DNA of 64,000 nt from Camelus ferus (lineage: Eukaryota), in the NCBI RefSeq assembly GCF_009834535.1, contig NC_045697.1, forward strand, positions 63,490,001 through 63,554,000. Reading direction: 5' to 3'. Below are positions 50,713 through 64,000 of the stretch, one piece after another. Position 1 is the first letter of the stretch, and each line of letters begins with the position of its first letter. The notes under the pieces were generated by a model. The model had not been told where the DNA came from and searched no databases. It was given only the letters and a program-made list of their open reading frames with translations. The position numbers were made by a program, and so were the translations under genes.

Positions 50713-53700
50713 GTCTTTTAAAATAATGTTGTAAGTATACTTAAGAGGCTTTGGAGTTTTCATATTTTAAAAAAAACATACCATTGTAGAATAGGTTGTT
50801 AGTACTTAATGAGTTAGCATCTGTTGTTTGAAGGCAGAAGGTACAAACAATTAACCATTTAATTAAGCAAGTGTCAGTGAAAACATAAAACATTTTTTAA
50901 AGTATCATAATTTGATTAATTTGTAATTTACAATAATTTAAATTTGAATAATTTAGCTTTTGATGCACCTTGTGAATACCTTGTTTCATTTGACCCTCAC
51001 AAAATGTGTGAGATAGGACACATAGCTATCATTCCTTAATTTTTACCAATCAGGAAACAGATTATAAATCATTCAGCTATGCAATATTAAATTTAAAGCC
51101 ATGGTGAAAACCACAGCTCTCCTAATAAAGCAATCCAACTGTTCTCTTTTTCTGTTAGAATAGTGCTGGTGCAGCAGTGGTATTGGTGGGGGGTGAGAAG
51201 AGTGGGATGCTAGGAGACTCATGGTCACGAATAACGACTTGGTAAAGAATAGACGGGGAACAGGTTGTTGAGACTCTAACAAGTAAAAATAATTAAAATA
51301 CAATTAATTTATTGAGCAATTATTTGACACCTTTCTGAGCATATTGCCTTATTTTTGTGAAGCAGAATTTAGCTATTAAGAGAGACTAAAGAGGTTCTCG
51401 GAATAAAAATACATGCTATCAGTTAGACTGTGTTACCATATGTACTTAAAAACTGTCTTGGCTGCTGCTATGTCCTCCAGACTAATAAATAATTATGTAA
51501 GTTAAAAACAGCATACCATATGGTCCCTCTTCTCAAATGTAAGTCAATTACTCTCTAATGAAGCATTTCAGTAAAGCATTTTGGATGTTTACCAAATAAA
51601 TCAGAACTTGTTTCTTCTTAGGAATGACAACTGATATCTAATGGTGGCCTTGATTTTTGATGCTCCTTCTCATGCCTTATGTGATTTTAAATCTAATTCT
51701 AAAACTTTTAAGGTAACAGAATGTCACAATACAGTGTTATTAGCTGGTTCTACCAAGCATGAAACATCCCTTACCATCAAGCATCTAGGTTTTCCCCCAT
51801 CTCATCCTACCCTTAAGGTGGAAATCTGACAGTGTTACATGAAGACACAAAAGCTGTTGTTTCATAACTAAAGTTAAAGGATAGAGATGAACCTTAATTC
51901 TGTCATGTAGCTAGATTCCAAGAAAACACAATTAGCATTCAACATGTTAATGTTCTCTCTCAACAGATTGGCCTGGTTTGAAATGGGAGTCACTATTCAC
52001 CACATCAATATGTTGTCTCTCACTTATTATTATACTCTAGATTTAGAAGAGAGAAACTTGACATAGTACTTCCCAACCCTTACTACTATAATGCTGCAAT
52101 ATTTTTGCCTTTTAGGGATTACCTGGTTATAAAACTTTCCCTTACTCAGTTTACCTTAGGAAATTATTTTATTAACATTTTATTCTTGTGAAGTATAAAT
52201 AGTGAGTTCCTGAAATGTTTAAACATATATTCAGAGGAATCATTTTCTTCTGCTTCACTGACTCAGTAGCAATTTTTTTAATCAAATGATGTTTGTCCTT
52301 ATCACATCTCAGTGACTGCTAATATAAGAATACATATGATCATACATATTCCTATTATACACCCTTTTTCCTTCTCTTATCCTTCATTTTTCTCTGCATC
52401 TTTTTTCACAGCAAACTAAGTTCTTTACTTAGTCATTTTAGAATATTTAGTAGAATTGTAATTTGTTAATTGTTAGCTATTGTGACTATACCAAATAATC
52501 TATGCTTGAAGGTTATAACATACCCAATCAGAAAAAAAGAATGAAATGATAAAGAAGGGAGGGAGGAAGGGGAGAAAAAGCTACTATTTAAATCTTCATT
52601 TCCTGAAACTTGATGCATATTTACTTGCTTACTCTGGGTAGCAGAACTGTAGTTCCACGTGACAATCCTTTATCATTAAAGCAACGATAAATGTTCTTTT
52701 TGCAATTCAGTGACGAAGAGAAACCAGACTTCTTCCTGTTTGGTTCACCTCCGCTTTTTGCCTTCTAGTGAATTTTTCTCTCCCACTATGATCTGTGCTG
52801 GAATAGCACTTTCTTGTGTCAGGGCTCTTAGTCTTCATTTTCTACTTGTGAACTTGCCTATAGTTCACCCCACTAATGTTTTCACAGGCTTGCTTCCTCC
52901 CATTTTTCCACAAACTTGTTTACTTGACGTAAGTCCTCCTTTGCCTTGATTTCAGTGTGCCTGCTTCATGCTGCCTTTCTATTTGTTAGCTGACAGCTTT
53001 CTGCTTGTGTTCTTTATGCCTCTGTGATAAACAGATTGTTTGATTGTGTAATTTTTATCAGAAAAAGAAAAATTTGATTTGGCTTCCAGGTGAACACAGA
53101 CCTATAGATAAACACTCCCTGGAAATCTGTGAGAGCAGTGGTGTTTCTTTCCTGATCATTTCTCTTCCCGGGAGCAAGGCGCAATATCTGGCCCGATAAA
53201 TGTTTGGACCTTTTATTTGGCAGGTCAGGTGGGATACCTGTTCAGGGCATGTCTTACACTCTTGGGAGGCTACAAATAGCACTGATATCTTCACATAGAC
53301 TGTGTTACGAAAGACATAATTAATGACACATTTCTATGACCTGAGTTAAGTATGCTCAAAAGATTTTGGCTATTAAATATTAATAGTGAACATTTTTCCA
53401 TATGTCACAAAACATTTTGAAGTTTTAAGACCCTAGGTTTTATTGTTTTATTTTTACTCTAAGCAACAATTTCTCATTTTGATGAATCCAATATATCCTT
53501 TACTTTGTGAAATCTTGTAAAATAGATGCTATGTTATTGACCCGGCAGTTGAAATACAGACAGGTTAGTTGCCCAAGGACATAGAGGTATACTGGCAGGA
53601 ATAGGCAGAATTTGTGTTCTGTTGCTCACTCAAAAATCAAATGCCTTTGCTATAGTTATGATTAAGGATAGAGAATAAGGAAGATAATATATCAAAAAGC

Positions 53701-56700
53701 CTCTAGAATTTCTTTTAAGGTTATTTCATTTCAATTTGACGTAGTTTAATTTAGTGAGAGCTGACCTTTTGAGCAGTGAAAAGATAATTTCACCTCAGAC
53801 TGAACATTAATTCATACTAATTAGAAGTTAGGAAGTCATGTGACTCCAGAAGCTGAACAAACACCACACATCTGAGATTTTAAAATGTCTACCTTAACAC
53901 TGATGAATCTGATACCTTTGTCGGCAGTTTACTGTCAGTGTCTGTCTAGGTGGCATCTGGTGCATCAGTGGTAGAGTGATTCAGATTCTCTCTCTAGCTT
54001 CATACCTACCTCTTCTTATGTTTTGTCTCTGTACACAGTTATCATCATTTGAGTACGAAAGACACTATAAGTCATGCATTTTATTAAACTTTGAGGAGGC
54101 AGTTAAACAACAACAATGCAACTTTATCTTATTTTTCTGTATGTCCTCATTTCCCCTCCATATACCGCAGTTACCTTCTTACTTCCCCAGTCCTTGTCCT
54201 TAAGCCCTCCCTTGCCTCTTCTCCTTGCCAATGTGGCTAGTACTACTAACCTTCTAAAACTATGGATAATTAGAAATCATTTACTAATGTGACTAATTTG
54301 CTTTGAGAAAATATTTGAGCGTGTTATAAATGAGTTAGTAGTTGAAGCAATGAAGCAAATTACAAAGGCAAAGAGGCATTAATCTTATTTTACAAAAAGT
54401 CTTTGTATTCCCTTTCCAGAATAGGGTGTCTGCATATGACAAGGTTAACATAAAAGAGCAGTAAGATGGTTCATACAGGCATGAGCCAAAATCTGTACCC
54501 ACAGTTTGGAATCAGATTATTGATCCTCTCCCACCTTTTCAGATATCTTTTATTTTTCTTAAGATAATCCATCAAATTTATACTTGTTGCCTAAAACTTC
54601 TTTTTAATCTACAACATAAGTTTTCTAATAGGTAGAAAGGGTATGAACATTCAGTTTCTTAAGATGCCATGTCGCCAATCAGAGATTATATAGGATGAAC
54701 ACCACTCTCATTTCCCCCTCTTTTCTCACCTGTAACACTCAGTTAACTGGGTTTCTTCCATTTACACACTATATTCTATTCAGTATGCTCTACCCCATCC
54801 AGAATACTTTGGATGGCTTCCTATTGTCAATATGTGAGAGACTTCACAGGCAATTTGTAACCAAACTTAAGAATACCTTAGTAACATTACACACCCCCAT
54901 GCAACAACCCCACAGTAAAGAACAAGCTGAATTAAGTATACAGCTAGTCATCTTTGCAACATTTATAAAAACTTGATTTAATAAACTTAAGTATGAATTT
55001 TCTTATTATAACTTGTAGGAATGTAAAAAAATTTATATTCCAAATGCCTAATCAAAGTTAATTTTCTTAATTTTTGAAAGCTAAAGAAATACATAATTTG
55101 TATTTGTATTTTGAATTTTCATACATCATTTTTAATTGCTTCACATTTTTAATGTTTATATTTAATTTTAGATAGATCTAATTTTTAGATATCTTTATTA
55201 ATTCATTTATTATTTTTATTGTATTCTATAGCCTTTTCTAAACTCGAGGCATTTTTGGCTGGCTCAACAGCCTACCTAATAGTGTTGAAATAATTTTTTT
55301 ATTTTTGTTGGAAAGTAAAGTGTGTATTTTGAGTTTTAATGAACAAATAAAGACAAAAAACTTAATATGGTGAATTAAGAGTAAAGAGAAAGTTAAGACT
55401 TAAGCAAATTTTTACATTGACATTTTCATGTCAGTATTAGCTGGTGGGTGAAGGTGCTTAACTAAGCAGATTGCTTCATTTGGAAATGGCTGAAATTTTA
55501 ACAATGTAGTATGTATGTTTACTTTCAAATAGACTCGAACACTGATAATTTTCTTTGTTAGGAAAATGAATCAAATTAGTATTTTAGATATATTTCTATG
55601 GTTTCATGTTGTATTGGATGAAAAGTTTGATTAGTATAATCTTATTTCTATAAAACCTTAAGTGATTATTGCAGCATTCATTGGTCTTTGTCTTCTGTGA
55701 TTTGGCAAGTAATTTTATGATTGTGTTATTATACTAATCATTACTGTATTTGTTTTTACCTCTGTAACTAGATTGCACACCTTTGAAATAAAACTATATA
55801 ATTTATGCTTTTGTCTTTTCCATGAGACTTAAATAAATCCTCTGCACATAATAGATAGATGTTCAATAATTTCTGAATTCAAACTGCAAATAAAGCTCTT
55901 GATTATCAACTTCTTCATAGCTAGATCCTTTCTGTAGTTCTTCAATGCAATATAATTAGTAATGTTAAATTTTGACAAATACTAGAACAAGGTATCTATT
56001 GTTAAGTATTTGTTGTGATTTCCAAAATCTCCAATTAGGACTCAGAATTCCTTAAAAGTTCTTCCAATTGATTTTTCTGATTTTCATTTTTAGTGTTCAG
56101 ATTCTTGTTAATACCAAACCAAAACTTTTAAAATGATATTTATCCTTAATATCTCATGCAGATCTCTAATGGCGAAAAAACTAATATTCTGATGCTTTGA
56201 TAGATTATTATTTTTTAACTTTATTAGACCTTGCATGATTCATTATACCTTTTGACCTATAATCATGTTGAATATGCACAGATAACATTAGGTACTAAGA
56301 CTCTCTAGGTGAAATGAGCATTACCTGCTGAAATGTAGACATACAAGCACATTTTTGGAAAAGAAAAAAAATGGCAATGGAACTTTTAGAGCAAACATTT
56401 GGGGTCAAATAGAAAATATTAAGCTAAAAATTGGAGTGCCTTGAACTTAACATACTGGATCTCTTATTCTGTCTGCCCCTAATCATGACAGATGGCCTTC
56501 AGAATCTCAATGGGCTATTCCCACTTTTCAGATTTAAACAAGATACATTATTTAATAACTGGCTTTATTTTAATTCTATTTTCAAAAATGTAAGCAAATA
56601 ATTACACATTAACACTATGCTACTAAGTATAGTTGTTATTTCATTTTCAACCTTTCCTTCTTAAGTCTGCTCTCAAGGTGAAAGAGAATGCTGGTGTAGT

Positions 56701-59700
56701 GAAAAGTGAATGATTTCTTCATGTGTGGCTTTCTTGCTATCTTCAACTGAAAAGTTAACTATGTACCTAGTCAGAGGTATTCAGTGCTATTTCCTCCTCC
56801 CTAAAATTGCTGCGGAAGCATTTTTCCCACTTACACTTCCAGTTATCTCTAAGAACAGCTTTAGGGAATATTTTAAAAGTTACAAAAATTTTCTTATGAT
56901 ATGATTACATAAATCCTTTATCTCCAAATACAAATCATTCAAGGGTTGTATTTGAAGTTTTAAAAATAAGCATATAAAGCTAGGGACTATGTGGCAAACC
57001 TCTAAACTTATTTAAAATGTTCTTTTTTCCCTTATTCTTGTAAAAAATATTCTGTCTTTTGACCTTAGAGGAAGGTTTTCTTTATACAAAGAAATCTTGC
57101 CATGGGTTTCTATTTTGATACTAGTCTTGTAGAAGGGGCATTTGGCCAGATCATCAAATGATTTGGATCTAACCAACTGCTACTGTTTCCCCTCCCCCAG
57201 AGAACTTGAGAAAGTCACTTAATGATATGCATAGGTACTGAAGAAAGTTACCTAAAAATGCCATAAAAATCAACAAATGCTTATAGCTGACTTCTGCTTC
57301 ATTGGTTGATTCTCTTTAAAGGAAATAACTTACCTGTTTTTTTTTTCCCCTTTGCTCATCGTATTTAGCCACTTAGAACACCCAATGCCCAGCTTAAAAA
57401 AAAAAAAAGATATATGTATAAATTCTGTCTGTATAGTGTCTTTCAAGATCTTGTTCTCTAATGATCTATGGCATGGGGCAGTCTTTGTGAGTTGGGCCAC
57501 TTGAACAATTGTGTGACTATCTAACAAAAGACGCCATGATAAATGAATATCCTTTGTTTTGGTGGTTATTAAATACCTTCAGTTTCATACAATGAGAAAC
57601 TTGATAAACAGTTGAGCTTCATGGTTAATGACATTTCCAAATTCTAGAATGTCTGTAAATAATGGAGGAACTTCATTATAAACAATAGTGGATAAAGCAA
57701 AGAACCTCTCTTCTGACACATGAGGATAAATTACTTCACATCTCATCTATATTTAGAGAATGAGGAAGAAGTCCATTCATTTATCCTCTGATATACATTT
57801 TTGGATAAATGATGGTCCTGCTTTTAAATCTGAAGTCCAAATGGTTTAATACAATAAAATATGTGACATTTTATAGGCATTTTGTAACACATCTTGCATG
57901 TCACTGTAGTGCAGTTACATCCAATATCAGTTATTCCCTAAGGTATTATGTAGTTGTAGATCATAAACTTTTTGCTTAAATTAAACATCACAGCTGGTTG
58001 CTTTAATTTGATGCATTATACCACAAATGTTTCAACAGCTTGATTAAAGTGAGCCACACTGAAGATTCAAAAGAAGAGCGAAGGTCATTGCACATGAAGC
58101 CTAGTCATTTGCAAATTTTCTTTGGGCATATTAAAAAGCATCCTGCAGAATACAGTTTAGTGGAATGTGACTAAACAAAATAAAATAAAACAGTAGACTA
58201 TTGCAGTGGTGTTTCACTTATGGAAAGCAATACTATAAATTCTTAATCTCATGACAGTGTTTACAATAGCACATTTAAAAAATCATCAATATTGTGCTTT
58301 GAGAGTGTTGTTTACTACTTCTATTGTGATAGCCTTGCCTGTTTCTTTTCAAACTTAAAACTTCATTAAATCTGCAAAGGGAAGGTGTTTAGTAGAAAAG
58401 AAAGACCAAAATGGTTGGCCTTATTCTCACCTACCTAGGAAATCTCCCCTCCAACCCCCGTCAATTAAAAGACTAGAAAAGCTGCCCCTTCACTTGTTCT
58501 ATTTGTACTCCAAACACTTTTAGCTAAGAGGATTGATAATAATACCACTTAGATTATCATTGACTACAGCAACATAAACTCAATTTTAAAACTGTTGAAA
58601 CTCCAAGGGTGTTTGTCTAGTTCATAGCAGTTAGCCCTAAATATTTTTGTCAAAGCAACTTACAAGCTAAAAGAATCCCATCCTTACCAGAAAATTAAGT
58701 CTCCCAAATTGTGTGTTGGCAACAAAACAAACATGGAAAAAATTAGTGCAATAGGTTAACACTGTGTTATTTCAAGACATTGAAATCTGAATTACTTCTT
58801 TTAGTCATAAAATTGTAGAATTTTAAAGCTGAATGAGAACCAAAAGATATCTAAGAGTTTGTTCTCAGCATCGTCTAATCATCTCTCAGTTCAGAAACAT
58901 GAATTGTCCCTAATGTATAACTCCCCTAGTGTGACATTTAGAGCCCAGTCCGATCTCATCCATATATCACTAAACTATACTGAATTACACACTCTGGTCT
59001 AGCCTCTCTGTATGTGTTAGACGGTATTTTAAATACTCTACTTCCATTCAACATTCCATTGCTATCTCCTCCTAGAGTTACCCTAAATCCTTTCAATCAA
59101 AATGAACTCTTCCTTAATTGTTGTATCCACAAAACTTTATTATAGAGTTTGACTCATGGAATTCCTTTTGTCTTATATTAGTTGTTTTACCAGCCAGAGT
59201 ATAAGCTCCTTTGGTTCATATGCTATTCATTTCTTCAGCCCTCTGTTTCTCTATGTACCTCATTAATGTCTACTGGGCCTAGTTGTATCATCATTCTAAT
59301 CCAATACATATCTTTTTATGATGGAGGAAGCTGAGTTTTACAGAGGTTGTGTTTGCCAAACAAAATAGATCTGTATTTCTAGGATCACAAACCTATTTCT
59401 GGTTGACCATACATAGATGCTTCATGACATATAAATGAAAAGCTTTTTCTGCTTTAAGTTACTGATATAATCAGAGCTGGGAACTACAAATTTCCAGTTG
59501 CTCACTGCATTCTTCATTATCTTAAAGAGATCAGGGCATGTTTTCTGCTCCTAATCTCTTATCTTCTCCAAACTCTTCTGTGGATAGATATTTCTGCAGT
59601 TGATTTCAGCAGTAGCAGTAATCTACATCTCCTCATCTCACCTTTTGTGTTACCTGGAAGAAAATGTAATCAATTGAAAAGAGTATGACATGGATAGTAG

Positions 59701-59814
59701 AGAAACCCAGATGTGGTCATGACCCCTGACTTTGCATTTACATTTTGAGGTCCCTTTTAGCCCCATGGCCTTACACATATTAAGGGCTCTCTCAAGATAC
59801 TACTCTTTCCTCAA

Positions 59815-60005
59815 CAGAGAGGCATATATACTCTGGAGATGGATGTTCTGGGTTCAGACCTCATCGGTGTCACTTATTAGTTCTGTGACCTTGAATAAGA
59901 TAGTAAAGTCTTCTGTACCTGAAATTTCTAATGTGAGACTTAGAATGATACTTAATTGTTGTGGGAATTAAGTAAATTAGGAGTTGCGAGGCATTTAGAA
60001 TACCA
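59815..60005 (+). mobile_element. MIR SINE
   Basis: actctggag...ctgggttcagacc...cacttattagttctgtgaccttgaataag...gttgtgggaattaagt. Confidence 0.75.
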
Positions 60006-61090
60006 TATAGGTTTACCTAGTGTTGGTATTTTCTTCAAACTCAAATGACCCTTTCATTTTCTTCCAAATGTAGCCCAAAATGATGCTTTCGAAACAAGGA
60101 TTCTTCTCCCATGAATCCTCAATGGCATTACCTCCACAGGTTTTACTTTCTCTGTAACACTTTCTTCATCGTGGACATTCAGTGTGTTTGAGCATGTATC
60201 CCGGCACAGAGTCACTGCCTAAAATCCTTCATGGGCATAACAGTGCAAATTCCTAGGTGTTTGAGTTTCCCAGTTTGAAAGAATTAAAATATTTTCTTGT
60301 ATTTTTTTATTTTAATGAACTCTTCATTGTTCAAATAAAATGACTAGTGTGGGAACTTCAGAGCTGGAAAAACTGATGGTTGAGGGAGTTCTGGCAGTGG
60401 GCAGGGAACTTCGAGATGACTGTATCGCCCAACATTGAGATCGGATCTGGTCTTAAATATGCAACAAAAGACACTGATAACACCGTTGAAACCTTTGCGA
60501 ACTGTTAGTGAAGAAGGCTTCTAACAAGGGCTGCTGATGAGAGACCTTGATACCAACAGCCGTAATTTGCTTCCTGAAACTCCTTAAAACAAGGTGGTAA
60601 CAAATTTATTCCATTTTGTATGGTTCAAATGTGGCTTTGGGAATAAATATTACAAAGATACTTTAAATGAAATAATGACATATTTTAATTGTTTTTACTT
60701 AGATGTAGACATTTTATACCTTATTGTGAGCTGATACATTGTTTCTGCAATGCTTTAAATGTGTGAGGGAGCAATTGTTTAATTCACTAAATTTGTCACT
60801 GTTTTATTTTCAAAATAGAACTGTTGGCACAAACTAAGCTAATTTTTTGATATTTATAGTTTAATGGCAATTTCTACTTCCAAAAATGAATAAATGGTTT
60901 AACATTTTTGCAATTAAAAATATACAGCTTCTGTAAGAAATTCACACAATTAAATCCTTAATTACAAAATATCGAAACTACAAATTTACCAAATTACAGT
61001 TACTATCACATACGTGATTTTTATCAGTGTTTCCTCTGAAATCTTTACTACAGAAACCCTTGTTAATTGCCTTTGTTAGATTCTTACCTG

Positions 61091-62293
61091 TTTTTTAAAT
61101 TGAGATATAGTTGATTTACAATGTTAGTTTCAGATGTACAGCATAGTGATTAAGTATTTTTGCAGATTATATTATTATAGGTTATTACAATATAATAGAT
61201 GTAGTTACCTGGGCTGCATAGTATGTCCGTGTTGCTTATCTGTTTTACAGAGTTTGTATCTGTTAATCCCATACCCCTAACTTGTCCCTCACCACTTCTC
61301 TCTCCCCTCTAGTAACCACACGTTCCTTTCCTATATCTGTGAGTCTGTTTGTTTTTTATATACATTCATTTGTCTGATTTTTTTAGATTCCATATGTAAG
61401 TGATATCATACAGTATTTGTATTTACCTGACATTTCATTCAGCATAATATTCTCTAGTTCCATTTCTGTTCCTGTAAATGGCAGTGTTTCATTCTCTTTT
61501 ATGGTTGAGTAATGTTCCATTGTGTGTATATACACCACATCTTCTTTATCTGTTCATCTGTCGATGGACATTTAGGTTGTTTCCATCCCTTGGCTATTGT
61601 AAATAGTGCTGCTTTGAACACTGGGGTGCATGTATCTTTTCGAATTAAAGAGTTTTCTCTGGGTATATGCCTAGGACCGGTATTTCTGGATCATATGTTA
61701 CCTCTATTTTTAGTTTTCTAAGAAACCTCCATACTGTTTACCATTGTGGCTGTACCGATTTACATTCCCACCAACAGTGTAGAGGGTTCCTTTTTCTCCA
61801 CACCCTCTCCAGCATTTTTTACAGACTTTTTGAAGATGGCCATTCTGACGGGTGTGAGGTGATACCTTATTGTAGTTTTGATTTGTATTTCTCTAATAAT
61901 TAGTGATGTTAAGCATTTTTTCATGTGCTTCTTGGCCATCTGTGTGTCTTCTTTAGAGAAATGTCTGTTTAGGTCTTCTGCCCATTTTTCAATTTTTTAA
62001 AAATATATATTGAGCTGCATAAACTGTATATTCTGGAAATTAATCCCTCGTCTTGTTCTTGATATTGGAATGCTTTCAGCTTTTCACTATTGAGTATGAT
62101 ATTACCTGTGGGTTTGTCATATATGGCCTTTATTATTATGTTGAGGTGTGTTCCCTCTATACCCACTTTCTGGAGGGTTTTTATCATAAATGGATTTGAA
62201 TTTTATCAAAAGTTTTTCTTCATCTGTAGAGATGATATGGTTCTTATTCTGCTTGTTAATATGGGGTATCACACTGATTGATTTGTAGGTATT
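61091..62293 (-). mobile_element. L1 with internal deletion joining the RT region to the ORF2 C-terminus
   Basis: 3' UTR at 61091; minus-strand ORF 61969-62187 reads [22 protein letters not shown] (RT region) almost directly into DEGLISRIY (C-terminal region). Confidence 0.92.
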
Positions 62294-62379
62294 ATTCATT
62301 ACTAACGTTCAGCTTGAAATGTAGAATGAAGTATTAAAGACTAGTGATGAATTAAAAAGGATAATACAGTAGTATACAG

Positions 62380-62588
62380 TGTTTTTCAAGTGCTTACATA
62401 ATCTCACTTCTTGTTTATAAAAACTCTGTAATGTAGTTTCTGTTATCATCCCAATTTAACTGATGAGAAAACTGAGGACTTGAGAGATAAAGTAACTTTC
62501 CCATCACACAAATGTAGTAAGTACTAAAGTCAGAATTTTAAACCCTGAAGTCTGACTCCTGAACTCATGGTCTTAGCAACATACTGTC
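62380..62588 (-). mobile_element. MIR SINE
   Basis: ttatcatcccaatttaactgatgagaaaactgaggacttgagagataaagtaactttccca...gtctgactcctgaactcatggtctta. Confidence 0.82.
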
Positions 62589-62949
62589 CTATTTTTCTGA
62601 CCACGTAAGATTCAAAGATAGTTAAATTTTTAATGAATCTATTAGTATAATTGATGACAGAAGTAACTTATTGGAGACAATTATAAATTGTTTCCGTATA
62701 TCAGTAGAGATGTTATCAATAACAAACTTTTTATTAAAAAAACCCCATAAATCTTTATTTCCATATAAGCATGGTCACTACAGACAATACATTTAAATTC
62801 ACTCTGGTTCTCACTAATATTAATTTTCATACCTACAGTGTACCAGGAATAGTGTACTTGAGTTGCATAAAGAGTTAAAAGATGGGGAAAGATAGTAATT
62901 CTGCCTACACTAAGAACAAAGGATCTCTGAAGGATAAATGAAAGACAAG

Positions 62950-63610
62950 TGAAGAAAGTCTGAGGGTTTTTTTCAGGCAGAAAGAATAGCAAATCTACGT
63001 TGTTCTAAAATAGCCACTAAAAATACTTTCGTGTTAATGGAGAGAAGTGCGAGTGGAGAGTGGCAGAGACGAAGCAGGGAAGGAGGCAGGTGCCAGTTAG
63101 CAGAGAGCCTTCTGTCATCCTGTCACAGTGAAGTGCTTTGGCTTCATGCTATGGAGACTATTTGAAGCCATTTCCTTTTTTCAGGTGGCTTATATCTGAA
63201 GGCTATAGGGTGAAATAAAACAAAGAGATTGAAATAATGCAGGAAGTTTGGCAAGAGCCTTAAGAGGACAATTGGAGGGTAGGGAATGCATTTAAGAATT
63301 GTTGATGAGTTAAAATCATCAGATTAGTGACAAGTTAGAGAGAAATACAAGGTGACCTCTAATATGTAAAGTGACTGGGTGACATGTGAAGCCATTTCTG
63401 ATAGTCAGAAATTAGGAGGCAGAGCCAGTAAGAGAATGGAGGAGGCTGATGCATTGATCATGTTTATTTTTAAGCATCTAACAGACCTCCAGGTAGCTAT
63501 CTCCAAATACAGATAGACATAGATGACTGCAACTCTAGGGAGAGGTCAGCACAATGCACTTGGAAGTTGTAAACCCACAGGTGGTACTGAAACCATGCAA
63601 AGAACATTAA
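62950..63610 (-). mobile_element. Degraded L2 LINE fragment
   Basis: caggcagaaagaatagcaaat...gtgctttggcttcatgct...gtgactgggtgacatgtgaagccattt...acagacctccaggtagctatctcc...tggaagttgtaaacccacaggtggtactgaaaccatg. Confidence 0.72.
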
Positions 63611-64000
63611 AAAGGATTTTGCAGGGCATAGTGTTTGACATGTAGTAATTTTTCAACAAATAACTTTGGAGAAAATAAATCAAGCAAGGTGTGATGTCTC
63701 AAAAAAAAAAATGAAAGAATAGCACATTTAGGGGCAAGAAGAAGCACTCATGTTTGGGGGGGCATATAATATATTCATCTGAATCTTGTCTGTAGTCGTA
63801 TACACAGGAGCTAAAATTATATTGTCTCCTGGAAAGCATCAAATTACATTGACTGACTCTAGGTAGAGAGGGAGGTAAGTTGGATAGCTGTATAGAGGAC
63901 TGTGACAGTATTGGTTTAAAAAGAAAAAAAAAAAAAAAAACTAAAGAAACAGGAAAACACACTAAAATCTGACAAAGATGATTAGTTCATAGTACATGCT

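Larger units (their letters stand above)
7762..64000 (+). other. CCSER1: 5' part of a very long CCSER1 intron (>56 kb)
   Basis: Starts at GTAAGT. I did not find the next expected exon (recalled as roughly GKVRHLQKAFASRVDKSTQTE) by eye. CCSER1 is known for very long introns, and L1/ERV1 copies here are mostly antisense, as expected for a + strand host gene. Confidence 0.8.

Noticed and set aside
1..64000. Prokaryote-type systems (CRISPR arrays, operons, defence islands), rRNA, NUMT or an intact provirus
   Set aside because: The sequence is mammalian intron; no long ORFs, regular repeat-spacer arrays, mitochondrial-like genes or gag/pol/env internal regions were seen.

Overview
AT-rich, repeat-laden mammalian intronic DNA, most likely from a camelid, based on a Vic-1-type tRNA-derived SINE and the apparent absence of Alu, B1 and Bov-B elements. 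The only credible coding sequence is one 84-nt phase-0/phase-0 exon at 7678-7761 (+). It encodes DIMKDECSLLKLQLKEKDELISQLQEEL, which I recognise as the coiled-coil exon of CCSER1 (FAM190A). The rest is flanking intron holding L1, L2, MIR, MaLR/ERVL/ERV1 solo LTRs and DNA-transposon MITEs. None of the ORF-track ORFs looks like a real gene. The most interesting signal is a sense-strand LTR16-type solo LTR about 2.3 kb upstream of the exon. It has a dense CpG patch, CCAAT and GC boxes, and a CAG|GTAGGA donor, so it is a candidate internal promoter for a short C-terminal CCSER1 isoform starting at ATG 7684; this is a hypothesis only. Smaller oddities include a 65-bp paired duplication, an L1 internal deletion with microhomology, and a cluster of ERV1 solo LTRs, two with intact TSDs. 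Repeat family names are from memory of consensus sequences, not from a search, and many repeat boundaries are approximate.
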